Position numbers and translations under genes: made by a program. Below are positions 49,096-63,797 of a DNA stretch of 64,000 bases, one piece after another. Below the pieces are notes generated by a model, which was not told the origin of the DNA, made no database searches, and saw only the letters and a list, made by a program, of their open reading frames with translations. The DNA comes from Mizuhopecten yessoensis (taxonomy: Eukaryota), in NCBI RefSeq assembly GCF_002113885.1, contig NW_018406858.1, positions 561,363 through 625,362 of the forward strand, written 5' to 3'. How positions within the stretch are numbered: the first letter of the stretch is position 1; each line of letters begins with the position of its first letter.

Positions 49096-52000
49096 TCAAC
49101 TATTAAAGGTAAGTCCGTTTACCCGCTGACCATTGTCCACGATGTAAACACCACCAGGGGTCGTGCCGAGTGACTGCGTGGTTGGTCTATGCTGCACTCT
49201 TGTAGGGATATACAAAGAATGTAAATTGGAATCTCGTCTGTTTTGGTCATCTGTCATATCAAACAGATTTCCCACTTCTACTTCTTTGTAAGCCAACAGA
49301 AACGTGTCGGGATGGGTGCACGGGTCCTCATCGCCCTTTATGATGGATACACTCCTGCGGAAAGACGTTTCTCTGTTGGCCCTCGTTGCTCCTTCCGACG
49401 TTAGACCCAGCGTAGTTGTCGAGTCGCTTAAATTACTGATCACACTGGACACGTCACTGTTGACACTCTCCGTACGCGTCACACTTCGCTTGCTACATAC
49501 CGATGTTCGGAAATCAGCTTTTTCTTTTGGCTTACAACAACAAAATAACCAGGGAACCCGCTGATATAGTGCTTTGCGAAATTTTGGATGGCTGAGAGCA
49601 TATACCACTGGGTTGTGCATGGAGCTTGACTTGGCGAGCATCATCGGTAGTTCTGACACGAGTGGTGTTATCCAGTGTGCAGGTCCAAACTGTGCGATCA
49701 AAGCAATAATAGCATACGGACTCCACGAAATAATGAACAGACATGTGACGGTCATGGCAATCTTGGAAATTCTCAATTCTGAACGTGCTCTCTTATTATT
49801 TGCACGAGCATCTTCGGTCTTCATACTCCTGGTAATAGTTAGCATCTTCTGGTCATGGCGTCGGACACCTCGGATGATCAGTACATAACAGACGCCAATG
49901 ATTATCAGGGGTATAAGAAATCCAAACAGATACAGAACCACGATATAAGTTCGCGTCCGCGCTGTCTTGGTGAGATAGTCGAAGGTGCATGACGTTTGGA
50001 AGCCCTCGGGGATGTAGGCGCCCCAGCCAAAGAATGGTGGAATACTCAAGAGGATGGACAGGACCCATACAATGACGATCATAAGGTGGACCTTGCGTCT
50101 CGTCATGGTCTGCGAGGCCTGCAGTGGTTTAGTGATGACGATGTAACGATCAATGGAGATAGCTGTAAGTGTATTGATGGACATCAGACCAAAAACACCT
50201 CCTACAAAGCCATATAGCTGACAGACTGCAACACAAAACACCACAACTGTAACTCGTGTATCAAGACAACAATGCTGTGGTTAGGAAATTTGTTCTATTA
50301 CGGTAGCCTTTGATTTAATTTAACCTACTCCTATTCTGTGATTTATCACACTTGTAGTTTTTGAGAAACAAGGACTTGTTTATCATTTTCTTGGTGTACA
50401 TTATGCAGTTTATTGGTTATGTAAGCAGTATTTTGTTCACGAGTAGAAAGAAATATAACTTACACAATGATCCAAATATCCATTTCTGGTGGAATGACGA
50501 TACAGTAAGGAGAGGGAAGCCATTGACTGCAGAGAAGATGAGGTCACTGACCGCCAGATTCACCACGAACAGGTTAGATGGTGACCGCAGGCTCTTGGTG
50601 CTGAAAAATGGACACAAAGACAATGTTAATATACGTATAACTATTCTTACACTAATGTATAGTAACGTATGGGTCAGATTGTTCTTGGAGGACGAAGAAA
50701 AATAACAAAAACAAATCGTGTGAATCAAGCGTAGATTGCCTACAGCAAAGGAATTTAACTCTTCGACAAAGGTTACAAATAAACAAATCATTTTTCTCTT
50801 GATGCTAGTATTAACCTTACTAAGGACTTTTCCATTGTTCGATACATAGATAAGCATACCGGTAGAACTGAAAATCTTCATGCAGAAAACCCCCAAAGAG
50901 ATTTGGCTCAGCTCCCAACCAAAATTGAAGTTTTAAGAAACACCAGTGCAGTACTCTGGGTTTTTTTCGCCAAGGTCACATCCCCATTCCCCTTGCAGAT
51001 TCGGGTTTATTATTGTGTTCTGCTTAAGGGACATTACATAATCCTCACTTGATCTGCTATCTCCATCATAACACCCTGGATCTATATCTTTTCTCTTCTT
51101 ACTTTCCCCCAGACATACGTCTGTTTTGCAACTTCGATAAAAAAAAAGCCCGGTATAATAACAAATAAACTAAATCAGCGCATGAACACATCATCTGAGT
51201 GCGTTAGTTTTGCTGTTATTTTCAAAATAGCTGGATCTAAAAAGTAAGTACAGATGTACAATTCCAGAGTATCTTGATTTATAAGAGAGGTTCCCTCAAA
51301 TGAAATAAAATATGAAATATATAAAAATGAAGAAGGAATTACACGATTCCATTACGGACAGACGGACAGATAGATAAATTGATTCAATTATACACTCCTT
51401 ACATCATTGCAGGGATATTACTCAATCTATCACTATACCTTGATTATTCATATTTACTGGATGTTCAAATATCAACATTGAAAACTGAATTATAAATGTG
51501 CTTTTATCATTTTATAATTGTTTCTGGTCCGCAAATACCACAATGACATATAAATCACTTTAAAACCGGATTTTGCGTGCCAAAAGCAGGTATTATACAA
51601 GGCTATCAGGCTAACATGTTCGACGAGGGCCATATTGATTATTTTGCCTAATGGCAACCAAGAGTTTTTCCTAACTTGTACTAGAGTTCTTTTTGAAAGC
51701 TTATGTCCATTCCTAACACTATGCAAAATATTAAAACTCTTAAAGACAGAGCGCACATTTTCTTTCTGAACTCAATTCTTAAAATCCAAATATTGATGTA
51801 TTGATCATTTTCATGAAAAAAAGCGGCTATTGCCATCAATATGTCTATTTTCTGTTACTTGACATTGCTATTCAAAACAAAACATGACGCAACATATATA
51901 AACATTATTTGAATTCAGCACTGATCGATTTCGACAGCAATACATTTCAGATAGGCTACATATATATCTGAATTATTTACAAGTAGGTTGAATACATTAC

Positions 52001-55000
52001 AAATTAGGTCACTATATTTAATGAAATATCTGTATGCGTAAAATGTTGTGTTGGTTATATATGTAATTATTCTATATCTTTTAAGGGTTCAAGGTTGATT
52101 ACAAGTCCTTTGTTTATTAATCTTACTCAGAACAAGTGCACTGGGTGCATTGACCTTTCGAACGTCTATCGTGCTGGTGTGTGACCTGTTGTTCGTCTAT
52201 CGTGCTGGTGTGTGTCCTGTTGTTCGTCTATCGTGCTGGTGTGTGATCTGTTGTACTTCTATCGTGCTGGTGTGTGACCTGTTGTTCGTCTATCGGGCTG
52301 GTGTGTGACCTGTTGTACGTCTATCGTGCTGGAATGTGGCCTGTTGTTCGTCTATCGTGCTGGTGTGTGACCTGTTGTACGTCTATCGTGCTGGTATGTG
52401 GCCTGTTGTTCGTCTATCGTGCTGGTGTGTGGCCTGTTGTACGTCTATCGTGCTGGTGTGTGACCTGTTGTTCGTCTATCGTGCTGGTGTGTGACCTGTT
52501 GTACGTCTATCGTGCTGGTGTGTGACCGGTTGTACGTCTATCGTGTTGGTGTGTGACCTGTTGTTCTTCTACCTGCTGGTGTGTGACCTGTTGTACGTCT
52601 ATCGTGCTGGTGTGTGGCCTGTTGTACGTCTATCATGCTGGTGTGTGACCTGTTGTTCGTCTATCGTGCTGGTGTGTGACCTTACGTACGTTTATCGTGC
52701 TGGTGTGTGACCTTGTGTACGTTTATCGTGCTGGTGTGTGACCTTGTGTACGTCTATCGTGCTGGTGTGTGACCTGTTGTACGTCTATCGTGCTGGTGTG
52801 TTACCTTACGTACGTCTATCGTGCTGGTGTATGACCTTACGTACGTCTATCGTGCTGGTGTGTGACCTTACGTACGTCTATCGTGCTGGTGCGTGACATA
52901 TTGTACGTCTATCGTGCTGGTGTGTGATCTTACGTACGTCTTTCGTGCTGGTGTGTGACCTTTCGTACGTCTTTCTTGCTGTGTGTGACCTGTTGTACGT
53001 CTATCGTGCTGGTGTGTGACCTGTTGTACTTGTTACCGATATAATCAGAAATAATTACATCAGTTCTCACGTAAATATATTTTAGCCTTCAATTGATTTC
53101 TGTAGAACTTGGAGGCGTCTGCCTTCCATTAAATTCGATCGATGGTCATGCAATGTTGTATACTCAACTAAGACGGTATGAACTAAGGTATTTTCTCCGG
53201 GCATTCTAATAGATTTGCAGCGCGTTCATATTTTTCATGATTGAACACACGCAGAGCCTAAAATATTACAAATAGTGGAATATTAACCACAAACATGGAC
53301 AGTTGAAATATTCATGTTGTTCCTATTTTCGAACTGTCCAGTATGATGTCTTGTGTTTCTTTGAGACGCATAACAACTGATTATGAACCTAGCAAAGTGA
53401 AACGTAGGAGCCCAACTAGTTTTCGTGTGAGTGTGCTCCCACACCTGTACAAAGGCTTTGTGAAGCCTCAATGTAACAGTGTTCACGTATCGGATGTGTT
53501 TTCTCATCTTTCTTATGGTTTGTTGGTTTTGTGCTTAATTGACCCATATCCAAACGGAGCAAATGTCTTTATTCTTGATATTTGAAGCTTTTACCTACAT
53601 TTAACTCTATGATATGAACTAGATAATTGCTTCAAGAACAGAAGGTTGTGGTTATAAATAAGTAATTGTAGCATCCAAGGCTCTGTGTCTGTACTCATAA
53701 ATCCTGTGATCAATTACCACTTTAAACATGCAACAAAAACATTTTCAATTAAAAGTATCACTAATTGTCATAATGTTATTAATACATTTATACCAAACTG
53801 CCACCGTTCATACTTTCTCTGAGGACAAATGATTAACCCAGTACAATTCCACACTGATATGTGCCCGGAGAAAGGCTAAACAAAGTTATTCAGGGACGGT
53901 TTTAAATTTGGGTTTCAAACCCGGAATTATTGGCTCTGCCGTCTCCCAACATTTCGTGGTCCAATTTATATGAATGCTTGGAAATAATATAATATGTCCT
54001 GCCTCACAACCGAGACAATGCTTATTTCTCTGTCACAACACAGCGGTGATATGAATGTATATATTTCTCTGTCACAACACAGCGGTGATATGAATGTATA
54101 TATTTTTCTGTCTCAACACAGCGGTGATATGAATGTATATATTTCTCTGTCACAACACAGCGGTGATATGAATGTATATATTTCTCTGTCACGACACAGC
54201 GGTGATATGAATGTATATATTTCTCTGTTATACAAGAAAGGTTATACTTAGTAGGCTTTATAGTGTGACGCACTGGAAAGCGCATTTGCCTTTCAATAAC
54301 GCGGCCGGTGTTCGATTCCCCGATCGGACGTGAAAAGGTATGGGGTCACCTGCCCGACCAAGGTTTTTTTCTTCGGGTACTTCAATTTTTCTCCCTTATC
54401 AATACCCCCGTGCGCTAATATCCGGGCCAAGGGGAGTGATTGATATAAGTTGAAACAAGTTTTTTCATAATTGTGGTAAAATAAGTAAAGTTTGAATTAA
54501 GGTGTAATAACTTGAGCCCCGTCTGATTTAATCAACTACAACTGTATTTCACCGAAGTGTAGACGATGATCATGTCTATTTATATAACAGCCGAAATCAC
54601 AAAGTTTGGAATTATATTGTGTTCATATATATTCATGTGTCCTTATGCAATTCATAACATACTTGCTAAAAATGTAGACGACTGTGGTATTTCCCATGAT
54701 CCCGAGCAGGCCGACGATGGTGATGTAGACGCCGATAATGTAATGCCACTCCTCTGTGACGGGTGGAAACTGTGTCCAGTGCAGATGAACGGACATATCG
54801 TACGGACCTTCCCAGCCAGTGTTTGGCGTCATAGATCTGTTCAAAGTTCCATTTATATCCGGTAATCCGGGCAACGTCGACTTATCTGTAGCAGGAAACA
54901 GGAAAATGAACAAGGACGTCCACGACGGCGGCGCCACAAACACCAGCAACACCAACCCAATATATGGACCTTAACTCTTTTGTGGCGTTTTGATCAAAAT

Positions 55001-57669
55001 ATGCTTTTTGCTGTCGACTATTAACGTTTTAGAAATTAATTGTACATTTAAGTCAAGGAAATCACTGTAATCTATGTTGTTTTGTATTTGGTAAGTAAAA
55101 CAATCCACAGGAATCTGGTTCACGATCTGCTAAACATAATAATGTACCAGCTGGGAGGTGCAGTTTTGTTGAAAATAGACTTTAACAAAATTAGAATTCT
55201 ATACATGACATCACACTAGGAATATATAATATACAAATGCATTATATTGGGATGAAACCCATTTGCTTACAGACATATTCCTGTATGCGATGAACGCGAT
55301 TTGAAGAATGTATTTGAAAGCAACAGCAACAACAACAAATACGTTCAAGTTTCCTGGCTGGTTTTGTTCAGTTCATTTTTTGCGGGGTAAACGTGTTTGA
55401 AAGTCATATTTGATATTGCCACAATATTGGTTCCCGATTACTCTAAAATTACTATATGGTGGCACAGAGGAAAACAATAATCACAATAATAATGGTACCA
55501 CATATAGTGACATAGTTATACCATATAGCGGGATCATCAAGTCAAGATAGTAAGAGTCATGGTGATACCTCTCCGTAATAAATGCAAAACAGATATCACA
55601 AAACTGTCAAAATTGGTATCACGTGACTTCCATTCGGAAGTTTCTTAGGCAGTTAATTTTTGTTCTGTCCTGTTGCCTAGCTCTTTTCTTGGCGTGACAT
55701 AAATATGTATTTAGAAAGATAAGATGATTGTTTAAATTGAGAAATGTTGTTACATAAGTCAATACATTTCCATGTTGAGTAATAATAATTATTCAGGTTT
55801 GGATGGAATCCTGATTGAATGTCTAAAATTAACATTTAAATTTTTCAAATGTTGTTTAACATTTATAACACAAAGAGTTAAATATGATATTTAGAGAACA
55901 GTGGTTTCTCTTGTCTTATTTGACATCAACACTTGACCAATTGAACGTCTTATGAAATATATCTAATCAGTAGTTCACGCTGTGTTCGAGGAAGTCTTCT
56001 GATTCGGTCTGATAATTGATATACTGAAATGGTGATGCGTTTCCTGACTGTTCTATCCCGGCATTGAACATTTCAGTTTTTCATTTCTATGTTTAACACA
56101 AAATATAATATTTGCAAACAGATTGTAAATAGTTTTGGCGACTTCCCACTGATATCTCTTACCATAAATTAAATCGAATCAAAAGCCTTAAATCTATATA
56201 AAAAGAACAACAAATTTTTAAAATGAAAAAATAAATAAAAATAAGATCTGTAAAAGAAATAATTATCAGATGTAGATGTAGAATGACTTTTCATTGAGAC
56301 TTTTAATTATCTAATATTACTAAAACTCCTGTCAAAGTTGGTGACTTTGAAAACATATGTGCTATTGATAAATCGTTAATATAATGTTAAAACATATCCT
56401 AGGCATTCAAAGGAATGCACCAATCATTATATTGCTAGATTGTCGCATTTAAAAAGTAATAATACTCTTTTCAGTATTTTGTATAAATTTACGTTCACTC
56501 TGTATGCGAATAGAACCAAAACGTTAAACTAGTAAAGGATGGTAATACGGTTTTATTTAAACTTGTCTTAGTTATATTTGGTCATGTCGGAAAGGTTTAT
56601 TTAAAACTCATTTATAACCAAAGTTTACATAATCAATTAATCCAAAAATTGTGTAATGATAAGGACACACCGAAGCATTTTCTAAGAACGAATTTCGAAC
56701 TTGAAAAATACCGCAGACTTAATCCAAACGACAAACAAAATAATGCTTAATTTAGAACTTAAAATGTGCATTTACCAATACAACTGGAAGATGGTTAAGA
56801 TCACACAGAGTTTTTAATCTATCTTTTATAACGAAGTTGGCAATGAGTATTGTTTAAGTTTGGAAAAACAAAATTATCGGTTAAACAAATTGGAGTAATT
56901 TATAACAAAATTTTACTGTACTTACCCAAGCCGTTCCAAAATGCAAAGGTTATGTACTATTTGTAATGTAGCAGTGCTATCAAATATGAGAAAAATAGTC
57001 GAAATATTGCGATTTATATAATCCATTTAGTCAAGATTTTAAATACTGCAACAACGGATGGAAAAACAAACCTACAGTTTCTTTAAATTTCTTTTCGTAT
57101 GGAAACGCATTAAAAGAGACTATACTGACTAGGGCAATTAGAAACAGTTTGCATTTCATTTTATCATTATGCACATTAGAGCACTTAGAATGACAAAAAG
57201 GAAGCACTATTTGATTATGAAATATAAGCTATCTAGGAATAAGCACAAAAGAATTGCAATCGTAGACCACACCTGTAAGGTCCTACCTACATTTAACTAG
57301 AACCATTATAATGTATTGTTTAAGACATACTTGCTGTACTTATACAAATTCGTCAACTTGCATGTTTATCTTGAACACTTTCGGCCAATTACAGTTTCTG
57401 TTACGGGCATATATCAAAGAAAAATACGCCTGTCCTTAGGTGAGAAAGATATATAAATACATTTTTGAAATTCTGCCAAACTACTTTGGTTTTTCATCGA
57501 TATGGTGCATTTGGTCTAATTCATTGTATAATAATTATAACAAATACCGGTTGATAACAATATTTTGCAATTTCAGACTATGTATCCTTTGTATTGCATT
57601 GTCGTATTGAAAATGAAACCAATAACTTAATTAACAATAAAAAGTCACTATTTACTCACTGTCAGCCAT
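49096..57669 (-). CDS. SCOP1: Gq-coupled (rhabdomeric) rhodopsin, 4 coding exons, 499 aa
   Basis: Exons 57669-57660 (ATG GCT GAC A), 54885-54663, 50600-50464 and 50225-49096; GT-AG, 1500 nt. Protein MADNKSTLPGLPDINGTLNRS...; 7TM motifs GN, NLAVSD, DRY, EGFQTSC (E181-type counterion), retinal lysine LAKSS, HNPVVY, Gq-opsin HPKF, and CCC palmitoylation site. Confidence 0.96.
52164..53029. repeat. 31-bp minisatellite, ~28 copies, in opsin intron 2
   Basis: Unit CGTCTATCGTGCTGGTGTGTGACCTGTTGT(T/A). Confidence 0.95.
54023..54227. repeat. 39-bp minisatellite, ~5 copies, in opsin intron 2
   Basis: Unit ATTTCTCTGTCACAACACAGCGGTGATATGAATGTATAT. Confidence 0.93.
54262..54490 (+). mobile_element. tRNA-derived SINE (V-SINE-like) in opsin intron 2
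   Basis: B-box GTTCGATTCCC at ~54310 followed by a GGTTTTTTTCTTCGGGTACTTC...TTTCTCCC V-domain-like core. Confidence 0.5.
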
Positions 57670-57788
57670 GTATATTGTTTCGCACCCTGCTCCACCTGCA
57701 TCAGCACAGCGATTGATCTGGCACTGTCTACAACGCCGATTGCATTAGTAAATTACCATTACTTATAATAATGTCTAATATTACATTG

Positions 57789-57796
57789 TTTATATA
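57789..57796 (-). promoter_or_regulatory. Candidate TATA box of the opsin gene
   Basis: TATATAAA on the minus strand ~120 nt upstream of the opsin ATG; the AT-rich context makes it weak. Confidence 0.3.
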
Positions 57797-58291
57797 CCGC
57801 ATGGAACAAATTGTGTCGCACCGGGAACGATGATGCTGAAGTAAGTAATTTTGAAACCGTAAACACATTAAAAACACATTTGAGGTGCGGCAGCAACATT
57901 TTAAGATGTCGAAGAAAATGAGGCTTTTTTATGCTTTCTTTTTGGTAGATTCGATTGAAGGAATATGTAAATGCGTGGTTATGAATGTCGCTACAAAATA
58001 TACTGTTTGCGTGTGATAGATATCCATTTTATGGTTTAATATATTACAACAAGAATTGAATGTGGAATCCTCGATACCAGACTGAAATATGATATGAAAA
58101 ACTCTTAATTACGGCCATTACTTGTCATCACTGAAAAATAAATCAGTTTTCTCGGTGCTTGCCTGACTTTTTCGTGTGTGTGAAAATGACACGGTTAATG
58201 TAGACGTTTTAGTATTTCGGGTAATTAAAAATGTTCCATTTCTGAGTTAAATAAAATTTACCTCCTTTGTACGCCCTCGATATCCTTAATA

Positions 58292-59856
58292 GTTTAGTTT
58301 AAACATATTTTTATTGTCGTAAATAAGGACAATTAGGATTGAGCACAAGTTTTGCCAACTTAGTAACGCCCTCTCCTTAATACATCATGTTGTATAATAC
58401 ATAATGTAATTATATTATATTTATTTATATTAAGTATAAAGGATATTAGAAACGAATAAAAATAAGAGGNNNNNNNNNNNNNNNNNNNNNNNNNNNNNNN
58501 NNNNNNNNNNNNNNNNNNNNNNNNNNNNNNNNNNNNNNNNNNNNNNNNNNNNNNNNNNNNNNNNNNNNNNNNNNNNNNNNNNNNNNNNNNNNNNNNNNNN
58601 NNNNNNNNNNNNNNNNNNNNNNNNNNNNNNNNNNNNNNNNNNNNNNNNNNNNNNNNNNNNNNNNNNNNNNNNNNNNNNNNNNNNNNNNNNNNNNNNNNNN
58701 NNNNNNNNNNNNNNNNNNNNNGGGGGGGTGGGGGAAGTGCTCAAAATGTCAAAACCTGCCAGTACCGTCGATATAGACTTGTACCGTTCTTGCAATGTTT
58801 GAGTTTGCCTCATTATTTAAATCTATATCACCCTTTAGAATTAGGTCTAATGACATATCTCCTGGATACCATGCTAAATTCTGCAATAAGGAAAGGCGTC
58901 GGATGTGGTATTTAGGGCATGTGAAGAAGAAGTGATACGAGTCCTCGCACGTGTGTCCACATTCACATTGTGCTGAAAAATTAAGATTAGCCCTAAAAAG
59001 ATCATAATTGAGAGTACTTGCCCTGTTTCTTAATCTACAATGAAGAATATTTAGCCTACGCGGACCAAAATTGAGAAAGCATGGATTACATTTAGTTATT
59101 ACATTATTCAACTTATGTATATTTGATTTGAACGACTTCAGAGTTTGGGAGTTACTTATGGTTGTGTCTAATTTATTCCAAAGATCAACAGTTGAAGGAA
59201 AGAAAGAGTTGCGCATAGTTTGGAGTCTATACCGTTGCTGCCGCAATTGCTGAGAATTTCTTAAATTATAATGAGTCAGATCTCCAATATTTTGAGGTAG
59301 GATATTACATAAGTATGAGGGTGCAGTGCCATGTTTTATAGTATAAAGGAGGGACAGTTTTCTGATTTCTCTTCGTTTTGACAATGGTAGCCACCCAATT
59401 TCTGCATATAACAATTCGTTTTTTGTGTACATTGGTAATCCTGTGACAATACGGGCCGCATCTAGTTGTAGTTTTTCAAGATTATTTGAATTGATAGCAC
59501 CACAGTTATCCCATACCTCACAGCCATACTCTAATATTGGTCTAATATATGTTAAATACAATTTCTCTAAGTTATCCCTATTAAGTATAAATTTCAATTT
59601 GCGAAGTGTTGCTGTGTATTTTGATACTTTCTTGATAATTTCATCTATATGTTTGGACCACTTGGCATCACTACTTAGTAATACACCTAGGTGCTTATGT
59701 TGATCGGTTATTTCAATAGGGATGTTATTGAACGTAAACAGAGGTTGATAGGGTAGATTTGAAAAGGATACTAACATAATTTCCGTCTTCTTAGGATTGA
59801 ACGACATTAGCCAATCTTTTGACCATTTTTCTAGAGTTTGTAAGTCGTTGTTTACN
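58292..59856 (-). mobile_element. 3' part of a CR1/L2-group LINE (post-RT region and 3' UTR), interrupted by an assembly gap
   Basis: Open frame NNDLQTLEKWSKDWLMSFNPKKT...HKHLGV...YIRPILEYGCEVWD...SFFPST...CECG...HFFFTCP (58749-59855). AATAAA plus TTTAAACTAAAC tail at ~58292-58314. Confidence 0.9.
58470..58721. other. Assembly gap (N run)
   Basis: Run of n characters; there is also a single n at 59856. Confidence 0.99.
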
Positions 59857-60837
59857 GTCTTATATTGGAACCAAATATGACTCACATATCAAGACAAGCT
59901 CTAACTAGAAAAATGTTGTGTATATATATATATATATTTGTCTATTAAGGAGGTGTGTGTGTAAAGTAGTGACATCGGTAGTGTGTCGAATCAGTAATGT
60001 AATGGTCATGAGTTCGCCCCACACAGGTAGTTTTTTATTTTTTATTTTTACTTATTTTTTATTATTATTATATTATTTCTTTTGTAAGTAATATTATTAC
60101 TAGTATATCTACATCCTAAACAAATAGTACTCTTTGCATTAAGACCATAATTAATATATTTATATTGCTGTGCGTACGTATATGGCGGACGACGTTATAG
60201 CGAACTATTATGTAACGTCATAGTTTATGACATCAATACTTCAAATAAACAGTCTGAAGAATCTCCTAGAAGAGATGAAAGTACTAAAGACTCGTTGTTA
60301 AGATTTTTTCTTTATATAGTGCTAGGATTCTGGGAAGATGGACTACTTTTACAGTAAACCTTAATGGAACTGAAACAGTACTTAATGACTCAGATATTGA
60401 GACATCAAAGCAACAAAGTTGAATCGATATAATTCTACATCAGAAAGCATGTGACTGAATTTAAACCTAGGCGTGTATGTTATCTTTCTTAATTGAAAAC
60501 AACAGGGATGAAGCTCTTCCGGACAATGACGTCACAACTCAAATGCCCACCCTCAAATTCCCAGGTAGGCGATCGTTTGGCATACAATTCATCCGATTCC
60601 AAGGCGAGGTAATGGGCCGCGGTTTGGAATTCATAATAAGTCACTTACTCTGTGACGTGCCCGTGTCCACATATAACCGATAGAGGTACGGCCCGTCCAA
60701 ACAGTTCTATATACGGTGTCATCGAGTTCACCGTTATCTACAGCTGGACACTGATACTCAACCGAGTTTACTCAGGAGGATGGTTTAGAGGTCACAGACG
60801 TATATCGTATATTACTACAAAATTATCACAATACGAT

Positions 60838-63797
60838 ATGCATTCTGTAGCATTCGTGGTCATTTTAGCTGTTGTTGGACGGTGTACTCCTGCTCCTCGA
60901 ACAGAAGGTAAGACGACGAATTACCTACTTAACAAAACCGTGATTAAAAAAGATATAAAATTTCAAAGCGAAGCGGTGTTAGTGAGGAGAAAAAATAAGA
61001 CGACGATTTATGTAAACATTGAATTTACTTCCTATTAGTTCTCATTTAACTTCATAAAACATTTGAAAACAAGTCGACAAAAAGGTAGCAAAATAAAGCA
61101 AAATATCAACAGAAAGAAAACAGTTGTACTAAATAATATTGTTTGCTGTTTGAGTTTTCTGCTTAAAAGATGAAGAAAGGAAACAAAGGGAATTTTCACT
61201 AAAAGTAATAATTTATATGATGCGTTGGGAATGTCACCACTTCTTCGCCATCTCCTGTGATATGTTTTTGTTCTGGATAGTTGTAAAGGCTATTTAAACT
61301 CGCTATAGATAGCTGTTGTTATACAATTGTCCACGTTTATATCTCCAGTGTAGTTATAAATATGATAGTATGACCTTCGTATAAGTCAACCTTCTCTTTG
61401 TGTTAGTATATATTTCAGTGATATTTTGCTATGTTATAAAAGGTACATGTCATAAACCATCTCGTATGGTAATGAACTAATCAAGCATTTCACATAGATA
61501 AGAACAAAACTTCCTATACCATTGTAACCCAAACATTAAATGATCACGAATTTTCTATAGATTATTCCAAATGAGGTGTGCGTTAGCGCATGACTTCACT
61601 TTCGGTATTTTATAGGAGGTCATCACGCCTTCCTTTTTTGTTGGTGTCCTTGGTTCTTAATTTTCTTGATTTTTTTTTTTGTTTATCGATACGTTGTGAT
61701 TATGCGGTATACTTTCTTTCGAAAGAAGAATATATATTACTGATAATGCATAACTGGGTTGTTCATTGCTGGAAAAGACATATTTTACAAGATATGGGTT
61801 TTTATTAAAATCTGTTGATATCAAAAGCAAGGAACTGTTTTTGCATGTTTTGCTTTACAAGCATTACATTTCCTATTAACATTGGAGGTACACATAACAT
61901 ACACAAAACATCAGGATTCATACTACGAAAATCACGTACCAGATATAATAGCATACCAAAGTAAGACTGTATGTACGCTTCAGTGTGTGTCATCGACTGA
62001 TAAAAGGAACGAAAAGGGTCGCTTTACTCCTAATTGTAGAATTTTGACCTACGCATCTATAAACTACACTGTTTTAACAATTCAAAAATATAAAGCTACA
62101 CTTTACAAGATATTCAATGAAACAATATAGGGGAGGATGTGTTAAAATTAATGGCATCAAACACTCGATAACGATATCAACAAAGGGAAATATGACCACA
62201 AAAACACATTGGATGTTAAAATAAATCTGTTAAGCGAAACGTCGTGATTAAGATACGTACATATACAAAGTGAATAGCAAAGTCGCTTACATCAAGAACG
62301 GTGAAAGCTTAGTTTGAATGTTGGATATATATTAGAATTGTTTTCACAATTACTTAGATCTGGGGGCTTTTAGTGATACAAGTTTATTTAGTAATAATCG
62401 TTTACAAAGATATTTATTATCCAACTTTATGCTAAAAATAAGTAGTAATATAAGTTTATATAATCACTTTTAATGTATGTTATGATACGTTTTCGATTCG
62501 TAGTTCATTCAAAGATAATTTGGAGTTCACACTCCATAAACCTCAACAGAACAGGAATCAATCCTTATATAACAGCTGTCACATGATAAAAGAACGAAGT
62601 TGAAATAAGTGTGACATGTTAGAATACCATCAGAGATTTATAACGTAGGAACTACTTCGGATATCCCGTTCTTTTTTTTCTTATTAAATGAGTTGTGTAC
62701 CTTTATGCGAATAGTCAGTGACATTTTTGTTTTGACTGCCCTTTCAATACGATGAGTGTACTAGCACACCAGTAGGATAAAGTTAAGACAGTGACCCGCA
62801 TTCGGTGAGAGATAAGACACTCACGCTAAATTTCAAGTTCATTCATTTACTCGAGCCAAATGCTCATCAGACATTTGCATTAAGCTAAACAAAATGTATT
62901 CGTTCATCGCCATATGTGCCCTGCTCACTATTACAATTATACGGTAAAGAAACTATCTTCATATAGTTGTTGTATTGCCAAATAACTGTTTTATGCGTCA
63001 TGGCAATTCCATTGTATTAATTTTATTGTCATGCTAACATTTCCTTAATCCACAAATGGAAAAAGAATAACAACAAAAAAAGAAAAAAAAGTTTAGACCA
63101 GTAGAAGTTTTTTTTTAAATGATTAAATCATCATTTATTAATTTATTAAAGCCTGTTTTGAATATACATTTACGTACCAGTGCGTTTTAGTTTAAACGAA
63201 TAATTCAAGACGGTTAGATGGTATAGCGTACCTATAATTTAGATAGTAATCTCGTACGGCGTACTTTTATTCGGTAAGCATTTGATGTAATAACGATCCA
63301 TTATATACCAACATCTGACGTTGTTTTTGGCGTTACTTTCAGCGTGGAACCGGGTACGATTGGTAGGCGGGGACAGATACAGCGGTCGACTAGAGGTCAA
63401 GGTGACGGGGGTGTGGGGCACGATTTGTAACAAGGGATGGACCAATGCGAATGCACGCGTTGCATGTAGACACCTCGGATTTTCTGGAACGGTCAACTCA
63501 CTTTTACACGTAAATAATTTAGGCATAACATATCATTTTTCATATTTTAACGGAGTTTATTGACAAAATTTTACAATATGAATAAGACTGGACGGCATCC
63601 GCAAGAAACAATATTTAGAATAAAGTCTAATATTATATAATGACTTCTGCTCGGATTCAAAAGGCAGCGATTAATTCTTTAATGTGCGTTAACCTTTCAG
63701 AGTGACCAATATGACTTAGGAACTGACCACACACACCCCGTGCGATTGTCCTGCAGTGGATCAGAGACAGACCTCGGCCGATGTACCAGAACCGTGG
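60838..63797 (+). CDS. Secreted/membrane scavenger receptor cysteine-rich (SRCR) domain protein, first three coding exons; continues beyond the window
   Basis: Exon 60838-60907 encodes signal peptide MHSVAFVVILAVVGRCTPAPRTE|GTAAG. Exon 63343-63509 encodes VRLVGGDRYSGRLEVKVTGVWGTICNKGWTNANARVACRHLGF. Exon 63701-63797 encodes VRLSCSGSETDLGRC. Phases are compatible (1, 0). Confidence 0.82.

Noticed and set aside
49304-50705. Plus-strand ORFs overlapping the opsin (and minus-strand ORFs over the ankyrin gene)
   Set aside because: Antisense shadows of real coding exons.
58430-58813. 127-aa ORF
   Set aside because: Artefact of reading through the N gap.
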